From contig OZ024761.1 in the NCBI GenBank assembly GCA_964016885.1, positions 20,522,001-20,586,000 of the forward strand: a DNA stretch of 64,000 nucleotides. The letters are read 5' to 3'. Below, one piece after another: positions 33,426-45,356 of this stretch (position 1 is its first letter; each line of letters begins with the position of its first letter). The notes below the pieces were generated by a model. It did not search any database. It was given only the letters and a program-made list of their open reading frames with translations, and was not told the DNA's origin. Origin of the DNA: Eledone cirrhosa (Eukaryota). The position numbers and the translations under genes are program-made.

Positions 33426-33564
33426 TTATTCTTAATACACATGATTTCTGATAGAGGCAGAAGACCAACAATTTGGAGAGAGGGGAAAGTTGATTAAATT
33501 GACACCAGTGTATTACTGGTACTTTATTATATCGACCCCGTAAAGATGGAAGAAAGACAAAGGT

Positions 33565-33830
33565 AATAATAGAAACTGTCATGAAATTAAGGTTGTCTCC
33601 ATCGTCATGGGAGCATTGGGTACTATCTTGAAAAGTTTCCAAGGCTGACTAAAGACCATCAGTCCCTCCCATCCCTCTCTTTTGGAACACTTCAAAAGGC
33701 CTGCCTACTTGGAACAGCAAAGACCCTCCGATAGGTCCTGAATATCTGAGGCTGGGGGTAGCAGCTTGATATTCATTAGAGTAATTATTCCAGTTGACTA
33801 ACATCAATCACTGAAACATCAAGTAAAAAA
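33565..33830 (+). mobile_element. R4/Dong-like (restriction-like endonuclease) non-LTR 3' fragment
   Basis: IKVVSIVMGALGTILK...TLQKACLLGTAKTLR*VLNI*. Further copies at ~10915-11065 (+) and ~62290-62490 (-). Confidence 0.65.
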
Positions 33831-34233
33831 ACAATAATGATGATAGTGATGATGGTGATGGTGATGATGATGAAGAAATGGCTTCTATCATATTTTGTTT
33901 TTCAATTCTCAAATCCATTTGCTAACTTCTGCCTTTCAAGATATTCAAAGAATTTCAAGACAGCAATAATAATAATAATAATAATAATAGTGATGTTAGT
34001 GATGGTGGTAGTAGTAGTAGTGGTGGTGGTGGTGGTAGAGATAGTAGTTGCATTACTACTACTACTACTACTACTAATAATAATAATAATAAAATAAAAT
34101 AGACAAAATTAAATTCTTTTCACATTTATTCAACATTCTTAAAAATTGCATTAAAAAAAAACTAAAAAAACTGAAATAAACAATAAAAAAGGATTAAATT
34201 AAAATAAAAAATACATTGAAATATTTATTTGCC

Positions 34234-34266
<33 letters not shown>

Positions 34267-34386
34267 CATGTATACATGTAGATATGCATTATGTATATAT
34301 ATGTGTGTATATATATACATGTATACATGTAGATATGCATTATGTATATATGTGTATATATATACACGCACACATATGCATGTATG

Positions 34387-34422
<36 letters not shown>

Positions 34423-35314
34423 TATATGTAGATATATATATATATACATGTATGTATATTTTCTCCATCACTTTGTCAATATCTGAGTAAATATAAATAA
34501 AAGAGCAAGCTGGCAGTGTAAAGTATGGTGAGGGGGAGGGGATTAGGAAGAGGAGGAGGAAGAAGAGTATAAAACAAGATGGTGGAAAATGAAATGAAAT
34601 AAAAATAAAAAAGTAAATAAGTGAAACAACCCCCCCCCCCAAAAAAAAATAAACAAGACCATAAATATAACAAATGGAATATTACAAATGATTTTATAAA
34701 AATATATATAAAACACCACAAAAAACATGACATAAACACAGGAAAAAAACCTTCTTGCTTCTCTCTTGTATAGTAAGGATATCATTAAAATGTTTCCTTT
34801 CCATTGTAAATTGAAACTGTTACTACTACTACTGATGTTACTACTACTATTACTGCTGCTACTACTACTAATACTGTTGCTGCTACTACTACTGTTGTTG
34901 CTGTTTATGCTGCTGCTGTCCATTTTCACTTATGTGGAATAATCCAGAATATTTTCTTCCATTACTGTGACACCTCTGTAGTTTTTTACAGACATAGAAT
35001 TGGTAGAAACATCAGATTAATAAAGGCACCATCAGTAGCATTTGTTCTAGCACTTTCTCTGCTCCCTCTTTGAACACTTTGAGTTCAAATCCTAGAATGT
35101 CAGATAAAACTCCACCATGAGTATTTGGTTTGTTCCATCACTCTCTCTTTGCTCTCTTTGAGTTCAAATCCTAGAATGAGGGATAAAACTCCACCATCAT
35201 ATAGTCAACCTATGACCTATACAGTCTCCCCTCGTATATATATATACACACAATGATATTAAATAAATGGAAACTATATTTATAAAACCATATTTATTCT
35301 ATTATATATATTTC

Positions 35315-35390
35315 AAGGATACCAAAAACCTTGGTACGCTTTCATCAGATAAAATACAAAGTGTGTTTTATAAAATTTGACATAGCCAAG
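35315..35390 (+). pseudogene. Short fragment resembling a PLE reverse transcriptase motif (KVCFIKFDI)
   Basis: Resembles the FIxFDI(xxFYPSI) RT motif; ends abruptly at the 82-bp palindrome. Confidence 0.35.
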
Positions 35391-35555
35391 GAACATACCT
35401 TATCAGTTGAATTTTCCTTGGATAGTCATGACTATCCAAGGAAAATTCAACTGATAAGGTATGTTCCTTTTACCAAAGGTTTCATGAAGAAACCTTTTGT
35501 AAATGGAATAATTGTTTTATGTTGTGTATTACATAATTAAATATATATATAGAGA

Positions 35556-35717
35556 GAAATAGTTCCACAACAGTTAGTTCACCATACCAAGAACAAATGT
35601 TTCACCTTATGCAGATCCGGTATGGTGAACTAACTGTCGTGGAACTATTTCTACCTAACTCGTCCCATGGACTGAGTGCTCTACCACTACGGATATAACC
35701 CTACAGTGTTCTACTAT

Positions 35718-35718
<1 letters not shown>
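35556..35718. mobile_element. Family C (TA)n-embedded fold-back element; second copy at ~36711-36848
   Basis: 33-bp inverted arms gaaatagttccacaacagttagttcaccatacc / ggtatggtgaactaactgtcgtggaactatttc. Both copies share the tail GTCCCATG..CTGAGTGCTCTAC...CCCTACAGTGTTCTAC before (TA)n. Confidence 0.65.
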
Positions 35719-35769
<51 letters not shown>

Positions 35770-35897
35770 ATGTAAGATTTCACAGCTCTAGAAACAAAAA
35801 GAAAAACTAAATGATCATCCTTAATACATGAATATATCCTTCTATAAATGACCCCTAACAGAGTTTTATTTTGTTTATTTGTTACAGAAGTAAAACA

Positions 35898-35997
35898 ATG
35901 TCGTCGGTGAAAGTCGCTGTAAGGGTTCGTCCCTTCAACAGTCGGGAAATTGCCCGAGATTCAACTTGTATCATTGATATGACTGGTACAACAACAA
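35898..35997 (+). CDS. unc-104: Kinesin-3 (unc-104/KIF1A-type) coding exon 1: [33 protein letters not shown]
   Basis: ATG at 35898 in AACAATG context. [11 protein letters not shown] is the kinesin-3 N-terminus. Upstream acceptor ttgttacAG (35886-87) and donor A|GTAAGT at 35998; 100 nt, phase 1. Confidence 0.95.
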
Positions 35998-36019
35998 GTA
36001 AGTCTCTTATTTCGTACCT

Positions 36020-36056
<37 letters not shown>

Positions 36057-36090
36057 CCTCCCTCTCTCTCTCCCCCTCTCTCTCTCTCTC

Positions 36091-36128
<38 letters not shown>

Positions 36129-36144
36129 ACTCTCTCTCCCTCCC

Positions 36145-36175
<31 letters not shown>

Positions 36176-36254
36176 CCCACTCTCTCTCCCTCCCTCTCTC
36201 CGTTTTTCTCATTATTCTAAGTTAGAATTGGTGAAGAATTAAGTGTAAGACACC

Positions 36255-36470
36255 TTTTAGACAGATTTTTATGGTCAAAACCAACCGCCAGGAGACCCAG
36301 AGGTAGACCCCCACCTCACCCTGGTTGGATAACATCCATGAGCTTTCCTGGTCTCACTTGGGGTTCCAGCCAGATCAGTTGGAGATGGTTGCTTCTGACA
36401 GGACCCACTGGAAGGAGTGTTTGAGGACTCTGTCCCCACGACGACCTCAGGAATAAGTGGGTAAAGAAGA
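36255..36470 (+). mobile_element. RTE (Expander/Rex3-like) LINE 3' fragment
   Basis: Translates to RPRGRP / WLDNIHELSWSHLGFQPDQLEMVASDRTHWKECLRTLSPRRPQE*. Other RTE-like tails on - at ~41425-41780 and ~60215-60540. Confidence 0.6.
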
Positions 36471-36556
36471 CCTTTTGACTAATGTCTCTTTAACTAGTGG
36501 GCCAGTTCTGTCAACAATATATATATGACATGCCAATCATGAACTCCAGTAAACCT

Positions 36557-36599
<43 letters not shown>

Positions 36600-36844
36600 G
36601 TAAAAGGTAAACAGCAATAACAACACAATCGGTACAGTATGTGGAAGGTATATATTAGGTTAACGCTTGATATAGCAGGAAGAGGGCCTAGAAGTAGTTC
36701 CTTATTTTGATCATGAGCTCGGTCAAAACGAGGTGAAACGTGTTCTCGGTATGGTGAACTAACTGTTGTAGATCTACTTTTACCAAACTTGTCCCATGTC
36801 CTGAGTGCTCTACTACTACAGATATAACCCTACAGTGTTCTACC

Positions 36845-36892
<48 letters not shown>

Positions 36893-36915
36893 TAGACGTC
36901 AGGGTCCTACTCGTT

Positions 36916-36968
<53 letters not shown>

Positions 36969-37277
36969 GGTGGCACATGGCTTAGTGGTTAGAGCATTGG
37001 CCTTGCAATCGAAAGGTTGTGAGTTCAATTCTCAGACCGGGTGATGTGTTGTTTCCTTGAGCAAGACACTTCATTTCACATTGCTCCAGTTTACTCAGCT
37101 GTAAATGAGTAAATTCCACTGCAAAGTGGTCGTGGAGGTGCCACGGAAAAAAAGCACCCAGCACTCACTGTAAATGAGGTTGGTGTTAGGAAGGGCATCC
37201 AGCTGTAGAAATGAGGCCAGCATCAGTTCCTGTCCCACCCTTGCAAGCAGGGAAAAGCAGACGTAAAATGATGATGA

Positions 37278-37280
<3 letters not shown>
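36969..37280 (+). mobile_element. tRNA-derived SINE family 2 (CORE-like domain, RTE-type 3' tail, (GAT)n end)
   Basis: A box TGGCTTAGTGG, B box GAGTTCAATTC, CCTTGAGCAAGACACTT, tail GGTTGGTGTTAGGAAGGGCATCCAGCTGTAGAAA...GATGATG. Full copies on - at ~20340-20690 and 53530-53845, plus many 3' fragments. Confidence 0.85.
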
Positions 37281-37315
<35 letters not shown>

Positions 37316-37464
37316 CATACCAGTCCTAGACTCCAGTAAACCTGGTATATATATATATATATCATCATCATCATTTAATTTAACATCCATCTTCCACGCT
37401 AGCATGGGTTAGACGGGAGTTGTCCCACTTGAGGCAAGGCTGGTCAAGTGACCGTGTCTCGCTC

Positions 37465-37500
<36 letters not shown>

Positions 37501-37633
37501 TATAGTAAGGTGTATTATTGGTTGTGCAAAACGGTCCAATAAACTTTTGTTAGCAATATTAAGTTCTCCATGCTTTAGTATATCTCCAATTCCATTCAAG
37601 GGAACAGCTAGATGATGTAAAGCGGAGTTTTAG

Positions 37634-37875
37634 TATCAAAATGAAAATCCGAAGGCAAGGTAAAATTTCCAATCATTTTAATCCCGACACATGTTTCAAT
37701 AAGAGATAGATCGATCGTGAAGCCATGATCAATTATCACTGATCAATTATCACTGATCTCATCACTGATGAGATCAGTGATAATTGATCAAGGCTTCACG
37801 ATCGATCTATCTCTTATTGAAACATGTCGTGATTAAAATGATTGGAAATTTTACCTTGCCTTCGGATTTTCATTT

Positions 37876-37880
<5 letters not shown>
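37634..37880. mobile_element. Fold-back element (~115-bp arms) centred on a hammerhead core
   Basis: Arms meet at ctcatca|ctgatgag. The + arm has CTGATGA (37765) and GAAACATGTC (37819-28). The left arm carries a 14-bp internal duplication. Confidence 0.7.
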
Positions 37881-37915
<35 letters not shown>

Positions 37916-38711
37916 CAAAGGAATTGTGGTAAGGAACCAGATGGACCATAACGCACCAGAGTACTCAATACTTAGGGTAGTAGAGTGGGAAATAGGAAAA
38001 AGTATGACCCCGATGGCAGAGCTCAAGCCGTTTCGAAGGCTATTTCTGGACGTCCAGAAATACCCGTCGAAACGGCTTGAGCTCTGCCATCGGGGTCATA
38101 CTTTTTCCTATATATATATATATATATATATATATGACATACCAGTCCTGGACTCCTCAAAACTAAATAACATTTAACTCCATTGCTGTCTTGCTGTCAT
38201 CATTATTGACAGTGGAGGACTTCTAGAATAATAATAATAATGTGTTTATTTCATTATGTTTGTTGGACTTTCTCTACACAGAATAGTCTCAATTAGCAAG
38301 GCAATTATTGTTGGATTAATGTCAACTTACAATGCTAATGATTAAGTGGCTTTCAGGTAATTAATTAATTATATATATATAATATATATAATTATATATA
38401 TATATATATATGCAGAAGTTTTGGGGGAGGGGGGCAATAATATTTTTTTTTAAAATTTATTTTTTATATTTATATTTATAACTCATGCTAGCATGGGAAA
38501 TGGCCGTTAAACGAAGGTGATGGTGATGATGATAGTGTGGCTGTTATCCAACCATCTTGCTCTGTGTGGGGGGGGGGGGGTATATCCCTGGCTCTCCCTC
38601 CTGCCGGTTGGTTTTGCTTGTAATGAAATCTGTCCAGAGATTCTTTCCTGAGACATTCTAACCACATGTCCATAGTGTCAGAGCTGTGATCTCCCAATTT
38701 GGAGAAGTAGT

Positions 38712-39135
38712 GGCTCTCTGATCTCCGAGCTACAAATCTGTCTAGTGGCTCCACCTGGAGTGACTCTCTGATCTCTGAGCTACAAATCTGTCTAGTGGCT
38801 CCACCTGGAGTGACTCTCTGATCTCCGAGCTACAAATCTGTCCAGTGGCTCCACCTGGAGTGACTCTCTGATCTCCGAGCTACAAATCTGTCCAGTGGCT
38901 CTACCTGGAGTGACTCTCTGAGCTACAAATCTGTCCAGTGGCTCCACCTGGAGTGACTCTCTGATCTCCGAGCTACAAATCTGTCCAGTGGCTCTACCTG
39001 GAGTGACTTTCTGAGCTACAAATCTGTCCAGTGGCTCCACCTGGAGTGACTCTCTGATCTCTGAGCAACAAATCTGTCCAGTAGCTCTCCCTGGAGTGAC
39101 TCTCTGATCTCCGAGCTATAAATCTGTCCAGCAAT
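38712..39135. repeat. 50-bp minisatellite (~9 copies, with shorter deletion variants)
   Basis: Unit tctctgatctccgagctacaaatctgtccagtggctccacctggagtgac. Confidence 0.9.
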
Positions 39136-39364
39136 TCTACACCATATAAGGCATTCTAACAACTATATAATCCATAAAATATTTTTCTTTACAAAATCCA
39201 GATTTTTCTAGAAGGTTGCCCCATAAAGACCTCAAAGGTGCACGTGGCCTTAAGATTACAGGGTCTCCTTTCCTGGTCTAGATACAATGTCTCCTATTTC
39301 AAAAGAAATGAAATGGGATTTTGTAAACTTTTGTGCTTTTACAACGGAGTACATTTTTAATGTG

Positions 39365-39461
<97 letters not shown>

Positions 39462-40183
39462 CTCTGTATCTCTCTCTCTGTCTCTCTCAGAACTATACTC
39501 AAGGTAACCATAGATACCATGTATCCCTGACTACAGTCAATCAAGATTCTGCTCATTCAATCAATAATTGATTCATTTTTTTTGTTTTATTTTTTTCTTC
39601 TCTTTTGGGCGACATTGATTAAAAGACTGATTGAATCGGTCGATGATGTTCGCTTAAAACAGAACTTTACTGTTGGTTCCTAGCGTGGCCTAGTGGTAAG
39701 GGCGTTGGTCTTATGGTCATAATGTTGTGGGTTTGATCCCTGGACTGGGTTGTGTTGTTGATGTATTGAGTGGGGTGGGGGCAGTAGGGGTGGTGGTGCA
39801 GTGGGGGTTGCAGTATGGGGTGGGGTGCAGTAGAGAGGGGGGGGCAGTATGGATGTAATTAAACATTTTTGTTTTAGTTTAGTTTTTTGGGGGTAGGTTT
39901 TGTTTTGTTTATTTCAAAGAACAGGAAAACGTCTGGTTTCATTGATTTCTTTTGCTGGAACCCCAGCAATGTCGGTGGCGCTGCAGAAGTTGTTAAGCCA
40001 TGACTGAAATACTTAATGTTGTGGCCAATAATAAATTGTAAAGTGAGGCCAAGTTTTTAATAAAGTCGACACTGTGCCAACTGCCAAACTAGATCAGGCT
40101 TGACCAGTTTACATTCTCACTTTATATTCATTGTCTTCTCATATATTACGTCAGGGGTGGGGATTTAAATAATGAAAGTAAGG

Positions 40184-40873
40184 GGTGGGTGTGTAATACT
40201 GTGGGTACCTATCTAGTGAAGGCAGTGGTGAGTGTGTAATACTGTGGGTACCTATCTTGTGAAGGCAGTGGTGGGTGTGTAATACTGTGGGTACCTATCT
40301 AGTGAGGGCAGTGGTGGGTGTGTAATACTGTGGGTACCTATCTAGTGAGGGCAGTGGTGGGTGTGTAATACTGTGGGTACATATCTAGTGAGGGCAGTGT
40401 TGGGTGTGTAATACTGTGGGTACCTATCTAGTGAGGGCAGTGGCGGGTGTGTAATACTGTGGGTACCTATCTAGTGAGGGCAGTGGTGGGTGTGTAATAC
40501 TGTGGGTACCTATCTAGTGAGGGCAGTGTTGGGTGTGTAATACTGTGGGTACCTATCTAGTGAGGGCAGTGGTGGGTGTCTAATACTGTGGGTACCTATC
40601 TAGTGAGGGCAGTGTTGGGTGTGTAATACTGTGGGTACCTATCTAGTGAAGGCAGTGGTGGGTGTGTAATACTGTGGGTACCTATCTAGTGAGGGCAGTG
40701 GCGGGTGTGTAATACTGTGGGTACCTATCTAGTGAAGGCAGTGGTGGGTGTGTAATACTGTGGGTACCTATCTAGTGAAGGCAGTGGTGGGTGTGTAATA
40801 CTGTGGGTACCTATCTAGTGAGGGCAGTGGTAGGTGTGTAATACTGTGGGTACCTATCTAGTGAGGGCAGTGG
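40184..40873. repeat. 43-bp minisatellite (~16 copies)
   Basis: Unit ggtgggtgtgtaatactgtgggtacctatctagtgagggcagt. Confidence 0.95.
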
Positions 40874-41300
40874 AGGAGGGAAGATGGGATACTGTTTGGT
40901 TTAAATTGCTATGGACATGTGACTAGAATGTCTTGGGGAAAGAATCGCAGGACAGATTTTAAAGAAAAAAGCAGTAATAAAACAAATAATTTATAATAAA
41001 AACAAAGTATAATTTACAAACACAAAAGAAGGAAGAAAAAACCTGATCTCTTTCTGTTCATCGATGTCAGCTGGTTGTGTGGGACGTAACTTAACAAATC
41101 TTGCATGTATTAATTTCAACATAATTATTATTATTAACAGCATTGTTTCTTTCCAGGGACTATGTTAAAAAATAAACCTCATTTGGTCATTCCATGAGAG
41201 TATCTTGGTCAGCCTATGACCCTCGTATATTAGAAATTCAATAGTAATGTTTTTGATGGTTTCCTCTCAAATGACAATGTATCACGTTTTTGTTTTACAG

Positions 41301-41383
41301 CCATACAGAACCCTAAACCTGGACCCAAGGACCAAATGTACAAGAGCTTTAATTTTGACTACTCATATTGGTCCCACACTGAT
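41301..41383 (+). CDS. unc-104: unc-104 coding exon 2: (T)IQNPKPGPKDQMYKSFNFDYSYWSHTD
   Basis: tttttgttttacAG acceptor and GTAAGT donor; 83 nt restores phase 0. FDYSYWSH is the kinesin-3 motif. Not in the ORF track. Confidence 0.95.
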
Positions 41384-42005
41384 GTAAGTTGATAAAATAT
41401 CACTCTAAACTGTTAGTCTTTCTCTATCTTCTTCTTGGTCAATGAGACTTGGCTTGGGCTTGACGTTATCCTAGGTCAGGGATCAACAGGCATCATTCTC
41501 AGACAGCCGACTAGATCTACTAGTGCCCTCTATCATTGGTGGTCTCGTGCCAGTCTCCCTGCATCCTCCAAAGTGATGTTGAGACTCTGGAGAGCTGCAC
41601 CTAGAAAGTTGCCCTCCAAGTCACAAATCTGGGCAAGGTTTGTTTGTGGAAGAAACAAATCATCTTTCGATTGAAACACTTCTAGTCCTTAGTATGCCGT
41701 ATTGACATACAGTGTTTGTTGGGCATTTGAAGCCTGGCGGAGCCTACCCCTCTCTGGGTCTGAGTACAGCAGATTCCTTCCAGAGAAAGGAAGAATCAAC
41801 CCCAGTACTTGACTGGTACTGTCTATAAATATATATATATATATGTGTGTGTGGAGAGAAAGTGAGAGAGGAAATGAGAAAGAGATATAGAGGAAGAATA
41901 CACCTCAGTATTTGACTGGTACTTTTCTTTTATCAACCTTGAAAGGATGAAAGGCAAAGTTGACCTCGGTGGGATTTGAACTCCGAGCCGGAACAAATAT
42001 ATGTA

Positions 42006-42040
<35 letters not shown>

Positions 42041-42183
42041 CCCGGATTCAAACGGGGGTAACCACAGTATGTAAGGTACTCAATACATTAGTAGAGTGTA
42101 AACATAAAATTTTATATGGAAATGGCTTCTACAGGACTAGAACTGTTTTGTTCGAATGAAACAGTTCTAGTCCTGTAGAAGCC

Positions 42184-42221
<38 letters not shown>

Positions 42222-42642
42222 TATATCAAGTGTGTGTGTCTGTCTACAGGTAGTGGAGTGCTACATCTACTAAAAACTATAAAATCCGGATCAGCTTAAC
42301 TCAGGATTAATCTTGTATGATTTGACCTGATTCAAATCTAACCACCCACCCACCTTTACCTCTTTGTTATACTCTCACACCCCTTTTTTTATACTCTTTA
42401 TATCTCTCTCTCTGTATATATATATCTGTATATATATGTATATATATCTCTCCTTCTCTCTCTCCTTTTTACTTTTATCTCATCTTTGTCTTTCCTTTTT
42501 CTCTTGTTTCTCTTCTACACTCTCTCTCTCTTCCTTTTATCCCCCACTTTCTTATTCTCCTTCCTTCTTGCTCTCCTTCCCTCTCCTTTTCTCCTCTCTT
42601 TTTTTCTTCTCCATCTTCTCCCACTTTTCCTCTTCATTCTCC

Positions 42643-42676
<34 letters not shown>

Positions 42677-42837
42677 ATGTATACATATATACATATATAT
42701 ATGTATATATATATATATGTAAGTATATATGTATATATATATATATGTATGTATATATATGTATATATATATATGTATGTATATATGTATATATGTATGT
42801 ATATATGTATATATATATGTATGTATATATGTATATA

Positions 42838-42916
<79 letters not shown>

Positions 42917-43035
42917 ATATATATATGTGTATATGTATATATGTATATGTATATATATACATATATATATATGTATATGTATATATATACATATATATCT
43001 ATGTATATGTGTATATATATATATACACATATCTA

Positions 43036-43077
<42 letters not shown>

Positions 43078-43163
43078 TATCTATGTATATATATATCTAT
43101 GTATATATACATATATATATATGTGTATATATATATACACATATGTGTATATATATATACACA

Positions 43164-43350
<187 letters not shown>

Positions 43351-43559
43351 CGTTCATTCCAGTTTATCTGCTCTGGATCAATAGATCAGTACTGACTGGA
43401 ACACAGATTATATATTATAGAGACATGCTTGTGTAGACAAGGCACCACGTGGTTCGGGGTTCAATTCTGCTACATGGCTCCTGGGGAAGGTCCCTACTGT
43501 CTTAGTCTTGTGTTGACTAATACCTTGTTAGTAGCGCAGTACATGGGGGCAGCTTCCTG

Positions 43560-44040
43560 TCCCTTAGGTGCCACATGTAGGATGTCTTCACTCCCTTAGG
43601 CACCACATGTAGGATGTCTTCATTGCCTTAGGCACCACATGTAGGATGTCTTCAGCCCCTTAAGTACCACTTGGAAGCTGTCTTTACTCTTCAGGTACCA
43701 TGGTACATGTAGGTACTCTCCAGTCCTGTAGGTACCACATGGCAGCAGTGTCTGGTCCTTTAGGTACTACATGTAGGATGTCTTCAGTCCTTAGGTACCA
43801 CATGTAGGCAGTCTTCAGTTTTTGGTACCACATGTAGGCGGTCCTTAAGGCACCACAGAACATGGAGGCAGTCCTGTAGGTACCACATGAAGGCTCTCTA
43901 GTCCTTTAGGTACCACATGTAGGTAGTCTTCAGCCCTTTAGGTACCACATGTAGGTAGTCTTCAGCCCTTTAGGTACCACATGTAGGTAGTCTTCAGTCC
44001 TTTAGGTACCACATGTACAGGTAAGCATCTATTAGGTACC
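43560..44040. repeat. Degenerate ~32-bp minisatellite (~15 copies)
   Basis: Unit ttaggtaccacatgtaggtagtcttcagccct, more homogeneous toward the 3' end. Confidence 0.85.
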
Positions 44041-44116
44041 TGGAAACAAATGTTTTATTTCTACACAATATTTATTTAATATTTCTATATATTTTCTTCT
44101 GTTTTTTTCTTTTCAG

Positions 44117-44296
44117 CTAAATGATCCTGAATTTTCGTCTCAGACAAAAGTGTATGAGGACATTGGCCTGGAGATGTTGGAACACGCTTTTGAGGGTTAC
44201 AATGTCTGTATATTTGCATATGGACAAACTGGTGCAGGTAAAAGTTACACCATGATGGGAAAGAATGAAGACAGTCAACGTGGTATCATACCGTTG
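44117..44296 (+). CDS. unc-104: unc-104 coding exon 3 with P-loop ([22 protein letters not shown])
   Basis: ttttcttttcAG acceptor and GTGAGA donor; 180 nt; Walker A GQTGAGKS. Confidence 0.97.
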
Positions 44297-44395
44297 GTGA
44301 GAATCTTATTTACCTTTCCGTTCTTTGCCCCTCCCCCGCATCATCTCCTAATTTGCATACAGTTTCACTTTCTTTCTCTCTTTTTTCTTTTTCTC

Positions 44396-44474
<79 letters not shown>

Positions 44475-44529
44475 ACATACACACACAGTCTCTCTTTTTC
44501 TCACACACACAAACACAGTTTTCAATTAT

Positions 44530-45240
44530 CCCAAACTGAACGTCCTCAGTTATCCAACCCCTAAAACCTCAATGAACCACACCGAAAGTCCTCAATGAAC
44601 CACACCGAAAGTCCTCAATGAACCACACCGAAAGTCCTCAATGAACCACACCGAAAGTCCTCAATGAACCACACTGAAAGTCCTCAATTAACCACACCGA
44701 AAGTCCTCAATTAACCACACCGAAAGTCCTCAATTAACTACGCCGAAAGTCCTCAATTAACCACACCGAAAGTCCTCAATTAACCACACCGAAAGTCCTC
44801 AATTAACCACACCGAAAGTCCTCAATTAACCACACTGAAAGTCCTCAATGAACCACACCGAAAGTCCTCAATGAACCACACCGAAAGTCCTCAATGAACC
44901 ACACCGAAAGTCCTCAATGAACCACACCGAAAGTCCTCAATTAACCACACTGAAAGTCCTCAATTAACCACACCGAAAGTCCTCAATTAACCACACTGAA
45001 AGTCCTCAATTATCCAAACCCAAAGTCCTCAATTAACCACACCGAAAGTCCTCAATTAACCACACCGAAAGTCCTCAATTAACCACACCGAAAGTCCTCA
45101 ATTAACCACACCGAAAGTCCTCAATTAACCACACCGAAAGTCCTCAATTAACCACACCGAAAGTCCTCAATTAACCACACCGAAATTCCTCAATTAACCA
45201 CACTGAAAGTCCTCAATTATATAAACCCAAAGTCCTCAAT
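44530..45240. repeat. 23-bp minisatellite (~30 copies) filling most of the exon 3-4 intron
   Basis: Unit cacaccgaaagtcctcaat(g/t)aac. Confidence 0.95.
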
Positions 45241-45290
45241 CCTTGTTAAATTTTACCATAAAAGCCTCATCATGATCCTTTATATTACAG

Positions 45291-45356
45291 TTATGTCAAG
45301 ACTTATTTGATCGGATCAAAGACAACAAAAGTAATGAACAGATGTACTCTGTAGAG
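45291..45356 (+). CDS. unc-104: unc-104 coding exon 4: LCQDLFDRIKDNKSNEQMYSVE
   Basis: tatattacAG acceptor and GAG|GTAAGT donor; 66 nt, in frame between exons 3 and 5. Confidence 0.93.

Noticed and set aside
36969-37045. tRNA gene
   Set aside because: It has A and B boxes but continues into a SINE body, has no proper acceptor stem, and is multi-copy. The same applies to ~39678-39750 and the family 1 heads.
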